Below, in pieces: positions 1 to 9,682 of a stretch of 32,000 bases of DNA. The notes beneath the pieces were generated by a model. That model was not told the DNA's origin and did no database searches. It saw nothing but the letters and a program-made list of their open reading frames with translations. Every line of letters begins with the position of its first letter. Position 1 is the first letter of the stretch. The translations under genes were made by a program, and so were the position numbers. Source of the stretch: an uncultured beta proteobacterium (GTDB lineage Bacteria > Pseudomonadota > Gammaproteobacteria > Burkholderiales > Nitrosomonadaceae). The stretch covers positions 31,457-63,456 of the forward strand of contig CAVUXR010000006.1 of NCBI GenBank assembly GCA_963745455.1, written 5' to 3'.

Positions 1-1145
1 GGAGTCTTCCGGAATGTGGCGGCGTCGCGCTTTCGCTTGAGCGTATGGGACGTATCGTCGCGGTGGACGCCGCGAATCGGGCCGCCGTCGCCGAACCTGG
101 AGTTATCAACCAATCTCTGCAGGATTCGGTTAAACCTTATGGTTATTTTTGGCCGCCTGATCCGTCCAGCGCGGCATACTCGAGTATCGGCGGAAATCTC
201 GCGACATCGGCCGGGGGACCTCATGCGGTCAAATATGGAACCACCCGGGATCATGTGCTGGGGCTGAAAGCGGTAACCGGCGCGGGTAGCATGATCACGA
301 CCGGCTGCTATACCACTAAAGGTGTCGTTGGTTATGATCTCACCCGTCTATTGGTGGGCTCCGAGGGTACGCTGGCTGTGATTACGGAGGCAACGCTTAA
401 GCTCAGCCCTCTTCCGGAAGCTGTTGGCGGGCTTACGGCGTACTATCGGGACATCGCAAGCTGCGCGGAGGCGATAGTCAAGGTCATGGCGCTTCCGCAA
501 ACGCCCAGTGCACTCGAGTTTCTGGATCCGGGCTCGCTTGATCTGATCCGGAGCAGATATTCCGATATGGTCCCGATAGGCGCGACGGCGATGCTGATGA
601 TTGAGGTGGATGGATCGGAGCGCTCTATTTCGGAGTCGTGCAATGCAATTCTTTCTGCATGCCGGAATGGAGGGCTGATCAACGCGGAAAGAACGGCGGA
701 CGCGGCCGCTTTATGGCTCGCTCGCAAAACGCTATCGCCATTGCTGCGCGATATAGCGCCGAAAAAGATCAATGAGGATGTGGTGGTGCCGGTGAGCGCC
801 TTACCTCAGTTTCTGCAAGACTTGGGGCGCTTGGCCAATAAGTACCAGATCGCCAACGTCAATTTCGGCCATGCAGGAAATGGCAATATTCATGTGAATC
901 TGCTGGTAAACCCGGATAACCCCGATGAGATGGTACGCGCGGAACGATGCCTGGATGAGATATTTGATCTGGTAATCCGGCTGAGAGGCACTTTGTCAGG
1001 GGAGCATGGCGTCGGTAGCGAAAAACGCGCCTATGTCGGCAAGGAGATCGACATGCCCACCATGGCGCTGATGAAAGAAATCAAGCGGGTATTCGACCCA
1101 AAGAATATTCTTAATCCGGGAAAGTTGTTTCCTCAGTTTGCTTAG
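1..1145 (+). CDS. FAD-linked oxidase of the GlcD / D-lactate dehydrogenase family. 5'-truncated by the window edge (codon phase starts at nt 3).
   Basis: The frame is open from nt 3 to the stop at 1143-1145. The translation ...GGRALSLERMGRIVAVD...GGNLATSAGGPHAVKYG...GYDLTRLLVGSEGTLAVITEATLKL...NFGHAGNGNIHVNL...GTLSGEHGVGSEKR...DPKNILNPGKLF shows the PCMH FAD-binding and C-terminal FAD-oxidase signatures. The part before the ATG at 45 still reads as conserved sequence, so the true start lies upstream of the window. Confidence 0.85.
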   Translation, partial: SLPECGGVALSLERMGRIVAVDAANRAAVAEPGVINQSLQDSVKPYGYFWPPDPSSAAYSSIGGNLATSAGGPHAVKYGTTRDHVLGLKAVTGAGSMITTGCYTTKGVVGYDLTRLLVGSEGTLAVITEATLKLSPLPEAVGGLTAYYRDIASCAEAIVKVMALPQTPSALEFLDPGSLDLIRSRYSDMVPIGATAMLMIEVDGSERSISESCNAILSACRNGGLINAERTADAAALWLARKTLSPLLRDIAPKKINEDVVVPVSALPQFLQDLGRLANKYQIANVNFGHAGNGNIHVNLLVNPDNPDEMVRAERCLDEIFDLVIRLRGTLSGEHGVGSEKRAYVGKEIDMPTMALMKEIKRVFDPKNILNPGKLFPQFA

Positions 1146-1210
1146 CCATTACGAGATCGTATTTGGCTACCCAGCCAGCTTTGCTGACCCTTCTTTCTTT
1201 CTCTTTTTGC

Positions 1211-1816
1211 TTATCCCGTAGTTCTCAATAATTCCGCGATATCGTGGGCGAGAATATCTCCGCCATTGCCGTTACCGCTTGCATACAGGCGAAGTTGTCC
1301 TTTTGGGTCAAAAATATAGACTCCGGCGGAATGATCCATCGTGTCGTGATCTGATGAAGTTCCCGCCCGCTTCTGATAGACGATTTTGAATTCTTTAGCG
1401 ATTTCTTGCGTAGCTCCAGCGTCTCCATATAGCCCAAGGAATGCTGGATCGAATGCTGACAAATATTGTTTGAGGGTATCAGGCGTATCGCGTTCCGGAT
1501 CAACGGTGATGAACAATACTTGCACGCGTCCGGCATCCTTGCCGAGTTTCTGCATGGCGCTGGCAATTTCCGCCATGCTCGCGGGGCATATGTCCGGACA
1601 ATGAGTATAGCCAAAGAATAATACTATGGCCTTCCCCCTGAAATCGGCAAGCGTGCGAGTGGCGCCGTTGTGATCGACGAGCTTGAATTCTTTACCGAAA
1701 GTCACACCCGTGATATCGGTCGATAGAAATGTTGGCTTAGCGGTATTGCTGCAGGCAGCAAGGGTAAGCATTGCTACCCATGCCGCCACCGCACAGTAAT
1801 ATTGACGCCGAGGCAT
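1211..1816 (-). CDS. SCO1/SenC copper chaperone for cytochrome oxidase CuA assembly; probable lipoprotein
   Basis: 201 aa. Lipobox-like LTLAAC near the N-terminus, the thioredoxin-fold CxxxC motif HCPDICP, and a downstream conserved His (MDHSAGVYIFD). It is the last gene of the cox cluster. Confidence 0.9.
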   Translation of the reverse strand: MPRRQYYCAVAAWVAMLTLAACSNTAKPTFLSTDITGVTFGKEFKLVDHNGATRTLADFRGKAIVLFFGYTHCPDICPASMAEIASAMQKLGKDAGRVQVLFITVDPERDTPDTLKQYLSAFDPAFLGLYGDAGATQEIAKEFKIVYQKRAGTSSDHDTMDHSAGVYIFDPKGQLRLYASGNGNGGDILAHDIAELLRTTG

Positions 1817-1838
1817 ACTAATGCCGGGATCGAAGCAT

Positions 1839-2735
1839 TTAAAAACGGATATAGTGGTCTATCAGCAGTACCGCAAATAGCGCCGCCAGATATAGAATTG
1901 AATAACGAAAAGTCTTTTTCGCAAGCTGATCGCTATAGTCAATGTAGATTTTCACGGCGTAATAGAGAAATATGGCGTCCAGCACTGCTGCGCCAGCCAG
2001 ATAGATCAGCCCGCTCATTTGGGTGGCATATGGCATCAATGTTACGGCGATGAGTATCAAGGTGTAAAGCAGGACGTGCAGACGAGTAAACTTGTCACCG
2101 TGTGTAACGGGCAACATCGGCATGCCTACCTTGGCATATTCCAGTTTGCGGTAAAGTGCGAGCGCCCAGAAATGCGGGGGCGTCCAGGCGAAGATGATGA
2201 GAAACAGCAAAAGCGCGTCCGCTGAGACTTCGCCGGTGACTGCCGCCCAGCCCAGCACGGGAGGCATGGCACCCGACGCCCCACCAATGACGATGTTCTG
2301 GGGAGTCATGGGCTTTAGAAGCACGGTGTAGATAATCGCGTACCCGACGAAGGTGCCAAGAGTAAGCCACATTGTCAACGGGTTCACTAACTGGTGAAGA
2401 ATCAACAATCCGGTCCCACCGATCAAAGCCAGGAAGAATAGCGTTTCAGGTGATGTTACCGTGCCACGGGGCAGCGGCCTACCACGCGTCCGCGCCATGA
2501 CCGCATCGATCTTTTGCTCAACCAGGCAATTCACTGCCGCAGCGGCGCCAGCTATCAAGGCAATTCCCAGTGTACCGAATATGAGCGCATTCAATGGAAC
2601 GGCACCGGGCACCGAAAGAAACATGCCGATAACCGCGGTAAAGACAATAAGCGATACAACCCTGGGTTTGGTCAACCGGTAGAATTGCTGCAGACGCGAA
2701 GCGGTTTGCTGCCAGGCGATACTTGTCGTAGCCAT
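1839..2735 (-). CDS. cyoE: Protoheme IX farnesyltransferase (heme o synthase)
   Basis: UbiA-family polytopic membrane protein with ...[22 protein letters not shown]... and [21 protein letters not shown]. The ORF track starts at 2777. I prefer the ATG at 2735 ([10 protein letters not shown]) because AAGGAG lies 9 nt upstream of it; the start is uncertain by up to 42 nt. Confidence 0.9.
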   Translation of the reverse strand: MATTSIAWQQTASRLQQFYRLTKPRVVSLIVFTAVIGMFLSVPGAVPLNALIFGTLGIALIAGAAAAVNCLVEQKIDAVMARTRGRPLPRGTVTSPETLFFLALIGGTGLLILHQLVNPLTMWLTLGTFVGYAIIYTVLLKPMTPQNIVIGGASGAMPPVLGWAAVTGEVSADALLLFLIIFAWTPPHFWALALYRKLEYAKVGMPMLPVTHGDKFTRLHVLLYTLILIAVTLMPYATQMSGLIYLAGAAVLDAIFLYYAVKIYIDYSDQLAKKTFRYSILYLAALFAVLLIDHYIRF

Positions 2736-2852
2736 AACTTTCATCTCCTTGTTCATTGCAGGTTCACACCCGCGCACCGATTTGCCAAAGTCAAAATATA
2801 CATTTATTCATCGAGAACTCTACATCTAAAAACACTGTGGAATTGATTCCCA

Positions 2853-3467
2853 TCAGTGCTTTTGGTCGGTTCCCATTGCATGTTCCAATTGCGATACCTT
2901 GAGCAGTCGCTTGATATCCTTTGCCATCTTGGCCGGGTCAGGATTTTTTGGAAAACGCATCATCAGATTTCCGATTGGATCTATGAGATAAATATGGTCG
3001 TGATTGGATTCTTTTCCAGGCATCGCTGTAAGCAAGTCGCTATCCTTCGCATTAATCAGCCAGGTGCCCTCAAACTCGTTTGCGACTTCAGGAGCAGGCG
3101 CCTCACCGTCATCAATCAGCCACACTCGCTCGATACGTTCCTTTTCCGTATTCTGTATCAAACGCACTTGTCGCATGTAATAGAGCTTCTCGCGGCATTG
3201 TTCGTCACATTTGCCAGAATCTATCGATATGAGCGCCCACTTACCCCGCAGCTGGCGTATTCTGAAAATGGTATTGTCGGACTGATTCAATGCAGTTCCC
3301 ACCAACGGCTTGACTTCCAACAATTCGCCATAGTTGACGCTGGAGGGTCGTACATTCCAGAAATAAAGCGTATAAGAAGCGATGATCGGCGCACACATCA
3401 CTATCAACAATAAAATCAGCGTGCGCTTGTTGGTTCCCTTATTTCTGTACGCGCTCTCGTTTGACAC
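2853..3467 (-). CDS. Membrane-anchored thioredoxin/SCO-like protein with a CDEQC motif. A conserved hypothetical of betaproteobacterial cox clusters.
   Basis: 204 aa with one N-terminal TM helix (LILLLIVMCAPIIASYTLYFW) followed by a soluble domain containing ...SIDSGKCDEQCREKLYYMRQVR.... It sits between SURF1 and cyoE. No specific family could be named from sequence alone. Confidence 0.6.
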   Translation of the reverse strand: MSNESAYRNKGTNKRTLILLLIVMCAPIIASYTLYFWNVRPSSVNYGELLEVKPLVGTALNQSDNTIFRIRQLRGKWALISIDSGKCDEQCREKLYYMRQVRLIQNTEKERIERVWLIDDGEAPAPEVANEFEGTWLINAKDSDLLTAMPGKESNHDHIYLIDPIGNLMMRFPKNPDPAKMAKDIKRLLKVSQLEHAMGTDQKH

Positions 3468-4157
3468 TTAACACCAAATAAATAATCAATACCGCCAGCG
3501 CCATGGCAAACCATTGAAGCGCATAACCGAGATTCTTGCCGATGCCTAGATCCGGTCTGGCCCATTCACGTATCAGGCCATCATTCGTATCGTTCTGCTG
3601 CAAGATCATTACAGGCTGAAGCTGAAGGCCCGTCATATTGCGATAACGCTCGAGATCAAGATTTTCCCAAACCTGACCCGAAACAAGCTCCTTCGAAAGC
3701 TCCAGCGTTTTTTGTGTTGCGATCGTTGCAACGCCTGAAACAACCACGGGACTACTTGGGGTAAATATATTCGGCAACTTGCTGCGGTCGCGATCCCCAG
3801 CCACCCAACCCCGATTTACCAAAACGTACATGGGGCTTGTACCAATTCTTAGCGGGGTAATGATGTGGTAACCCGCCATGCCCTTGTAAATCTTGTTATC
3901 AAGATAAACCGTATACTTCGTTAGATACGTTCCCTGGCCTCTGTCTTGCGATATTGAAAATCTTCAAGCTTAACCGGGTCGGAGGGTAACGAAATAGCCG
4001 GCTGGCGCGAAAGCGTGTCAAGTTTTTCCTGACGCGATTCCTTTTCCCGCGCCCGGGAAAGTTGCCAGTTACCGAGCTGCACCATAACCGCCATGACCAC
4101 TATTGCCACAACTGTTGACCATAATCGCGGCGTAAACCGCCAGCCTGAAATAGTCAT
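3439..4157 (-). pseudogene. SURF1/Shy1 cytochrome oxidase assembly protein, split into two ORFs (3921-4157 and 3439-3879) by a 1-nt frame break
   Basis: The N-terminal ORF has the TM helix and the LGNWQLSRA motif, then ends ...FQYRKTEARERI*. The downstream frame is open from 3963 and reads RGQGTYLTKYTVYLDNKIYKGMAGYHIITPL..., then ...LGYALQWFAMA (second TM). Adding one C to the CCC run at 3932-3934 (+ strand) gives a continuous ...YRKTEARGTYLTKYTVYLDNK.... The span is 719 nt, which is 3n+2. Confidence 0.85.
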
Positions 4158-4218
4158 TGGATAGTATGCAGAACTCGGCTAAACTTTATTCTAGACCTTC
4201 AATAACTGCCGAAATAAA

Positions 4219-4416
4219 ATGTTAAAAATTGCCGCAGTACTATTTCTGTTCTTCATCCTCTCCAGCCTGGCGTCCGCCCTGTACTATATGATCAAGGACA
4301 AGGGTCAGGGTACACGTGCCGTGAGATCCCTGACTCTGCGCATCAGTTTATCCGTCCTGCTTTTTATCCTGCTAATGGCGGGAACTTATTTCGGGTTCAT
4401 ACCGCTCGGCCACTAG
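4219..4416 (+). CDS. Small twin-transmembrane-helix protein (DUF2909-like)
   Basis: 65 aa with two hydrophobic helices separated by KDKGQGTRAVRSL. It occupies the usual opposite-strand position between SURF1 and coxC seen in betaproteobacterial cox clusters. Confidence 0.65.
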   Translation: MLKIAAVLFLFFILSSLASALYYMIKDKGQGTRAVRSLTLRISLSVLLFILLMAGTYFGFIPLGH

Positions 4417-4429
4417 CATGGCGTAAATG

Positions 4430-5287
4430 CTATATCAGCCAATAAACGAAAATAAATAATCCCAGCCAGACCACGTCCACAAAGTGCCAGTACCAGGCCA
4501 CGCCTTCGAAGCCAAAATGATTCTCGGGCTTGAAGTGACCCGCCAGCACACGGAAGTAAATAACCAGCAACATGATGGAACCCAGCGTCACGTGGAAACC
4601 GTGAAAACCGGTCAGCATGAAAAATGATGCGCCATAGGCTCCGGTCGTGAGCTTGAGGTTAAGATCGGAATAGGCATGACCGTATTCGTATGCCTGAAGG
4701 CCGACAAAGAGAAATCCCAGCGCAAAAGTCAGGAACAGTCCCAGCTTGAGCTGACCGCGCTTATTCAGCTTGAGTGCCCAGTGAGCCCAGGTTACCGTAA
4801 CACCAGAGGTAAGCAATATGAGCGTATTGATCGCCGGAAGACCCCATGGCCCCATGGGCATGAATTTCTCACTGATTGCCGGGCCCGACGCCGGCCATCC
4901 TCCCGTGAAGTCCGGCCATAGCAATTTATGCTCCAGGTCTCCAAGTTCGGGCACGGAAAACACGCGCATGTAATACAGCGCCCCAAAGAACGCGGCGAAA
5001 AACATGACTTCGGAAAAAATGAACCAGCTCATTCCCCAGCGGAAAGATTTATCCACCTGCTCGTTGAACTTGCCGCTTTCACTCTCCCGGGCGACCGTGC
5101 GGAACCAGACAAAGATCATGTAGAAGAGAATGGCGAAGCCGATTGTCAGCAACCCATAACCAAGCGGGATTTTGTTGACTGAAAACGCCGCGCCGAAACC
5201 CATGAATAACAGCGCTATCGACCCGGTCATAGGGTAGGTCGAAGGCGCTGGAACGTAATAGTGACCGTGACCTGCTTCTTGGCTCAT
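4430..5287 (-). CDS. coxC: Cytochrome c oxidase subunit III
   Basis: 285 aa, 7-TM pattern, with conserved ...GFHGFHVTLGSIML... and C-terminal ...GVAWYWHFVDVVWLGLFIFVYW. Confidence 0.95.
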   Translation of the reverse strand: MSQEAGHGHYYVPAPSTYPMTGSIALLFMGFGAAFSVNKIPLGYGLLTIGFAILFYMIFVWFRTVARESESGKFNEQVDKSFRWGMSWFIFSEVMFFAAFFGALYYMRVFSVPELGDLEHKLLWPDFTGGWPASGPAISEKFMPMGPWGLPAINTLILLTSGVTVTWAHWALKLNKRGQLKLGLFLTFALGFLFVGLQAYEYGHAYSDLNLKLTTGAYGASFFMLTGFHGFHVTLGSIMLLVIYFRVLAGHFKPENHFGFEGVAWYWHFVDVVWLGLFIFVYWLI

Positions 5288-5317
5288 GCTCTTTCTCCCG
5301 CGTATAATTTAATCAAT

Positions 5318-5584
5318 TTAACTTGTTACAAATTTAACTACCAATATTACAACCGCCACAAACATCGCGGCGCCGAGAATACCCGCAATAATAACCTGCC
5401 CCATCGTCAGTGTCGCCGCATCATGGTCGTGATCGGTATGTTTCCTCACACCAAAAAAAGCCCACGATACGGCCTTCATCGCCTGTAAGAATGTCCCCTT
5501 GGCGGGTTTTTCGTTGCGGCTTGTCTCTTCAACTTTGACTCGGCTTGCCGTCCATATTTGCAGCGCTGCTATTTCCCAACTCAA
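5318..5584 (-). CDS. DUF2970-like small membrane protein
   Basis: Contains ...FLQAMKAVSWAFFGVRK... followed by a C-terminal TM helix (VIIAGILGAAMFVAVVILVV). The ATG at 5584 overlaps ctaG by 56 nt and the true start is uncertain. The next in-frame ATG (5479) would remove conserved residues. Confidence 0.6.
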   Translation of the reverse strand: MSWEIAALQIWTASRVKVEETSRNEKPAKGTFLQAMKAVSWAFFGVRKHTDHDHDAATLTMGQVIIAGILGAAMFVAVVILVVKFVTS

Positions 5585-6089
5585 AAAACGTATACGATAT
5601 GGTCACAGTGTTGTAATCAATCGGCAGACCGGGTTCAATCATGAATTGGACCGGCATCTGCCGGGTTTCGTTGGGCTTTAGCACCTGCTTGCTGAAACAG
5701 AAACACTCCAGTTTTTTCAGATGCTTGGCCAGAAGCTGCGGACTGTAACTCGGTATCGCCTGCCCGTTAATCTCCTTATCCGAATTGTTCCGGACTTCAT
5801 ACATAACCTGCACCAGTTCACCGGGATGAACACGCAGACTGGACTGGAGAGGCCGGAACTGCCAAGGCAACCCGCGTGTATTTGCATCGAGCTCTACGGT
5901 TACCCAACGGCTGGTGTCGACCTGCGTATTGGCTGCCAGGGTATCCGCCTGCAGCAGATTATTAATACCCGCGACCTCGCAGATCTTTTCGTAAAACGGT
6001 ACTAGCGCAAAGCCGAAACCGAACATCACTACTGTGAAGATCAGTAGCTTTCTCATGACTACCGAATTTGCCTGAATTACGCTCATCAC
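5529..6089 (-). CDS. ctaG: Cytochrome c oxidase assembly protein CtaG/Cox11 (CuB insertion)
   Basis: 186 aa with an N-terminal TM anchor and the Cox11 CFCF motif (LKKLECFCFSKQ). The GTG start at 6087-6089 overlaps the stop of the upstream small ORF. Confidence 0.92.
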   Translation of the reverse strand: MMSVIQANSVVMRKLLIFTVVMFGFGFALVPFYEKICEVAGINNLLQADTLAANTQVDTSRWVTVELDANTRGLPWQFRPLQSSLRVHPGELVQVMYEVRNNSDKEINGQAIPSYSPQLLAKHLKKLECFCFSKQVLKPNETRQMPVQFMIEPGLPIDYNTVTISYTFFELGNSSAANMDGKPSQS

Positions 6090-6193
6090 CAGTTTTTTAT
6101 GATAACGGCCAAAAAAAGTGCTACGACGATTGCCAGCAGGATGAGTCCTGTTCGGATTGCTCCGCGCCTTCTTTCAGAATCTTCTGCTGGCAT
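6086..6193 (-). CDS. 35-aa single-TM 'cytochrome oxidase small assembly protein'-type ORF, below the 60-aa cutoff of the ORF track
   Basis: Hand translation gives MPAEDSERRRGAIRTGLILLAIVVALFLAVIIKNW*. It has a charged N-terminus and one TM helix. It lies between the coxA stop (6216) and ctaG, and its TGA (6086-6088) overlaps the ctaG GTG (6087-6089), suggesting translational coupling. No strong Shine-Dalgarno sequence is present. Confidence 0.5.
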   Translation of the reverse strand: MPAEDSERRRGAIRTGLILLAIVVALFLAVIIKNW

Positions 6194-6215
6194 ATCGTGC
6201 TAAACCGCTCTGTTT

Positions 6216-7795
6216 CTACTTTAATACCGGAGGTGTCTCAAAGCTGTGGTACGGCGCCGGGGACGGCAGTGTCCATTCCAGGGTTTTCCCGCCTTCCCAT
6301 GGGCTTGCCGGCGCTTTCGCCCCCCCACGGATGCACTTCAGCACTACGTAGAGGAACAGCAACTGGCTGAAGCCGAAGCCAAACGCGCCGATGCTGGAAA
6401 TCATGTTGAAATCGGCGAATTGCAGTGCATAGTCGGGTATGCGGCGCGGCATGCCCGCCAGCCCCAGGAAGTGCTGCACGAAGAAAGCCAGGTTGAAGAA
6501 GAACATCGACAGCCAGAAGTGCCATTTGCCCAGTGTCTCGTCATACATGTGCCCGGTCCATTTGGGCAGCCAGTAATAAGCCCCGCCGAATATGCCGAAC
6601 AACGCTCCGGATACCAGCACATAGTGGAAGTGCGCAATTACGTAGTAGGTATCCTGTACCTGGATATCTATCGGCACGATTGCACAAATGACACCGCTGA
6701 AGCCGCCAATGGTAAACAGGAAAATGAAGCCGATGGCGAACAGCATGGGTGTTTCGAAGGTCATGGAGCCGCGCCACATGGTGGCGGTCCAGTTGAAAAC
6801 CTTCACCCCGGTCGGTATGGCGATCAGCATGGTGGCATACATGAAGAACAATTGCCCGGTTACCGGCATGCCCGCGGTAAACATGTGATGCGCCCAGACG
6901 ATGCAGGACAGGATGGCGATGGATGCGGTGGCGTATACCATCGACGAATATCCGAACAGCGGCTTGCGCGCGAAGGTCGGGATGATTTCGGATACGATGC
7001 CAAATGCCGGCAAAATCATGATGTAGACTTCGGGGTGCCCGAAGAACCAGAAAATATGCTGGAACATCACCGGATCGCCGCCGCCCGCCGCATTAAAGAA
7101 ATTGGTGCCGAAATTGCGGTCGGTCAGCAGCATGGTCACCGCTCCCGCCAGCACCGGCATCACCATCACCAGCAGATAGGCGGTAATAAGCCAGGTCCAT
7201 ACGAACAACGGCATCTTCATCAGCGTCATGCCCGGCGCGCGCATGTTCAGGATGGTGGTGATGATGTTGATCGATCCCATGATGGAGGAAGCGCCCATGA
7301 TATGGAGGGCGAATATGGCCATATCCATGCCCATGCCCATCTGCACGGAGAGCGGCGGATATATTGTCCAGCCACCCGCCGGTGCGCCGCCCGGCACAAA
7401 GAACGAGCCCATCAGCAGCATGCCGCCGGCGGCAGCAGCCAGAAGCTCCAGTTGTTCATGCGGGCGAAAGCCATGTCGGGCGCCCCGATCATCATCGGAA
7501 TCTGCCAGTTTGCGAAGCCGACGAAGGCCGGCATGATGGCGCCGAACACCATCACCAGGCCATGCATGGTGGTCAGCTGGTTGAAGAACTCCGGCTGGAC
7601 GATCTGCAGGCCCGGCTGGAACAGCTCGGCGCGGATAGTCAGCGCCATCACGCCCCCGGTCAGGAACATGATGAAGCTGAACCATAGATACATCGTGCCA
7701 ATGTCTTTGTGGTTGGTGGTCATCACCCAGCGCATCATGCCGCTGGGATGATGGTCGTGCGCGTGTGCTACGTCGTGATCATGTACTGCTGCCAT
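6216..7795 (-). pseudogene. coxA: Cytochrome c oxidase subunit I (aa3 type), split by a 1-nt frame break near 7415-7432
   Basis: The start at ATG 7795 is preceded by AAGGAGG. The N-terminal frame reads MAAVHDHD...[20 protein letters not shown]...[21 protein letters not shown] (stop at 7412-7414). The other frame continues ...[27 protein letters not shown]...[16 protein letters not shown]...WAHHMF...HFHYVL... to 6216. The span is 1580 nt (3n+2). One extra G/C in the GCCGCCGGCGGC tract restores ...[15 protein letters not shown].... Confidence 0.95.
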
Positions 7796-7811
7796 GGTAT
7801 CCTCCTTGATG

Positions 7812-8948
7812 CTATTTTCTGAATTCGTTGATTTCCGATGGCTGTACCACGTCTCCTGCCTTATTACCCCAGGAATTGCGCTCGTAGGTGACCACCGCCG
7901 CGATTTGTACATCCGACAGATGCTTGAAAGCAGCCATTGCAGTGCCGGTCTTGCCATTCACAACTATGTTGATATGGTCGGCCTTGGGACCATTGGTGAG
8001 CTTCGATCCTTCCAGCGGGGGAAAAGTACCGGGCAGACCCTTGCCATTCGCCTGATGGCAGGCAACACAGTTGGCGGCGTAAACTTTCTCGCCCTCGGCT
8101 TTCAGTTCTTCCGCCGTGAGAACCTTGTTGACATCCACGGCGGACGCGGCGGATTTCTTTTTCTGCTCCGCGACCCATTGGGCATATTTCTGCGGCTCCA
8201 CCGCTTCCACCACGATGGGCATGAACCCATGCTCCTTGCCGCATAGCTCGGCGCATTGGCCGCGATAGGTGCCGGGCTTTTCAGCCGTGAACCAGGTGTC
8301 GCGCACATAGCCGGGTATGGCGTCCTGCTTGGCTCCCAGCGCCGGTACCCACCAGGCATGGATCACGTCGTTGGCGGTAAGCAGTATCCGTACCTTCTTG
8401 CCCACCGGCACCACCACCGGGTTATCGACTTCCAGAAGATAGTTCTCATTCTTGGCCGCGGCATTCTGAATCTGCGCGTGGGGTGTGGCCAGACTGCTGA
8501 AGAAGCTGATGCCCTCGCCTTCGCCGTGGATGTAATCGTATCCCCATTTCCACTGGTAGCCAGTCGTCTTGATGGTGATGTCCGCGCTGGAGGTATCCTT
8601 CATCGCAATGATGGTCTTGGTGGCGGGATAGGCCATGCCGACCAGAATGAAGAACGGTATGATGGTCCAGATGATCTCGACCGTGGTGCTGTGATGGAAG
8701 TTTGCCGCCTTGTAACCCTGGGATTTGCGGTGCTTGAGCACGGAATAAAACATGGTCCCAAACACGCCTATGAAAATCACCAGGCATATCCACAACAGCA
8801 TCGTATGCTGGTCATATATTTGCCGGGCGATGATCGACTGCGGCTCGGGCAAATTCAACTGGTATGGATCCGCCGCCGCCATCCCCAGTCCGGAATACAA
8901 CGCGGCCGCCAGACCCCACACTATGGTTGATGCTGCTTTACTGCTCAT
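7812..8948 (-). CDS. coxB: Cytochrome c oxidase subunit II with a fused C-terminal cytochrome c domain
   Basis: Two TM helices, the CuA motif HAWWVP...CAELCGKEHGFM and a C-terminal heme site CVACH. I prefer ATG 8948 (MSSKAAST), preceded by GGGGGGAGA, over the GTG at 8960 used by the track. Confidence 0.95.
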   Translation of the reverse strand: MSSKAASTIVWGLAAALYSGLGMAAADPYQLNLPEPQSIIARQIYDQHTMLLWICLVIFIGVFGTMFYSVLKHRKSQGYKAANFHHSTTVEIIWTIIPFFILVGMAYPATKTIIAMKDTSSADITIKTTGYQWKWGYDYIHGEGEGISFFSSLATPHAQIQNAAAKNENYLLEVDNPVVVPVGKKVRILLTANDVIHAWWVPALGAKQDAIPGYVRDTWFTAEKPGTYRGQCAELCGKEHGFMPIVVEAVEPQKYAQWVAEQKKKSAASAVDVNKVLTAEELKAEGEKVYAANCVACHQANGKGLPGTFPPLEGSKLTNGPKADHINIVVNGKTGTAMAAFKHLSDVQIAAVVTYERNSWGNKAGDVVQPSEINEFRK

Positions 8949-8987
8949 ATCTCCCCCCACTTGATTACTGATTATTACAGTACGACC

Positions 8988-9021
8988 CCTTAATTACAAA
9001 ATCACCGTAATTACAAAATCA
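8988..9021. repeat. Tandem duplication of a 17-bp unit (CCTTAATTACAAAATCA / CCGTAATTACAAAATCA), 40-73 nt upstream of the coxB start
   Basis: Read directly from the sequence: 8988-9004 and 9005-9021 match at 16 of 17 positions. Confidence 0.9.
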
Positions 9022-9682
9022 TACGTATTGGATATTTGACCCCGTTCCTGGCGGGCCGCCTCCGGATTATTTTGCCCAAACCACACTGCCATCGATACTG
9101 CCGGATATTCGATTGCAATGCCGTTGCCGCCAGATTCGGCCTGCACGAAATAACCCTATTGCTAATGTCGTTAATTATGTTATTCTAGGGCTTACATGAA
9201 TCCAAACACTAAGAATAACAGCATTTCTATAAGTTCAAAGTTTCAACTAAAAAAATTTTAATGCGAGAGTTGTTTTATTCAGAGACGAAAAATAAAATTC
9301 CGGCCAAGTCTATATCGGCACAAGAAAGATGAACAAGGAATCAGCAATATCAAGTAAATACCTTTATCATATCCGTGATATGGATCTCGCATACATATTT
9401 AGGCGAAATTCATAGATAACCAGTAACCCAATCTTTCTTATTCAGTCCTGACGCGACTTTCCGGTTGTTAGCGTCCTTTCCCTCTCGACCAGACTGATCG
9501 GAGTTCTTGCAAGCCTTCCGATATCCGCTCATTCATTTCAGATATTTTCATAATTGCCGCTACTGAAACGGAGCAAAATTCTACCACAGCAAAATGAGGC
9601 GTACAAGGAAGAAACATGATCCTGCCCATCAAATTTAAATATGACCCTATTCTAAAAAGAGTTATTTTTCCCTCTTTAAAAC

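Noticed and set aside
6246-7751. 501-aa ORF on the + strand
   Set aside because: It is entirely antisense to coxA. The translation is Arg/His/Gly-rich junk with no motifs. Long antisense ORFs like this are typical opposite a strongly codon-biased membrane-protein gene.
8256-8930. 224-aa ORF on the + strand
   Set aside because: It is antisense to coxB, and its composition is typical of a shadow ORF.
8961-8985. FNR/ANR-like half-site TTGATTACTGATTA upstream of coxB
   Set aside because: Only the TTGAT half matches TTGAT-N4-ATCAA. The second half is GATTA, so this is not a credible box.
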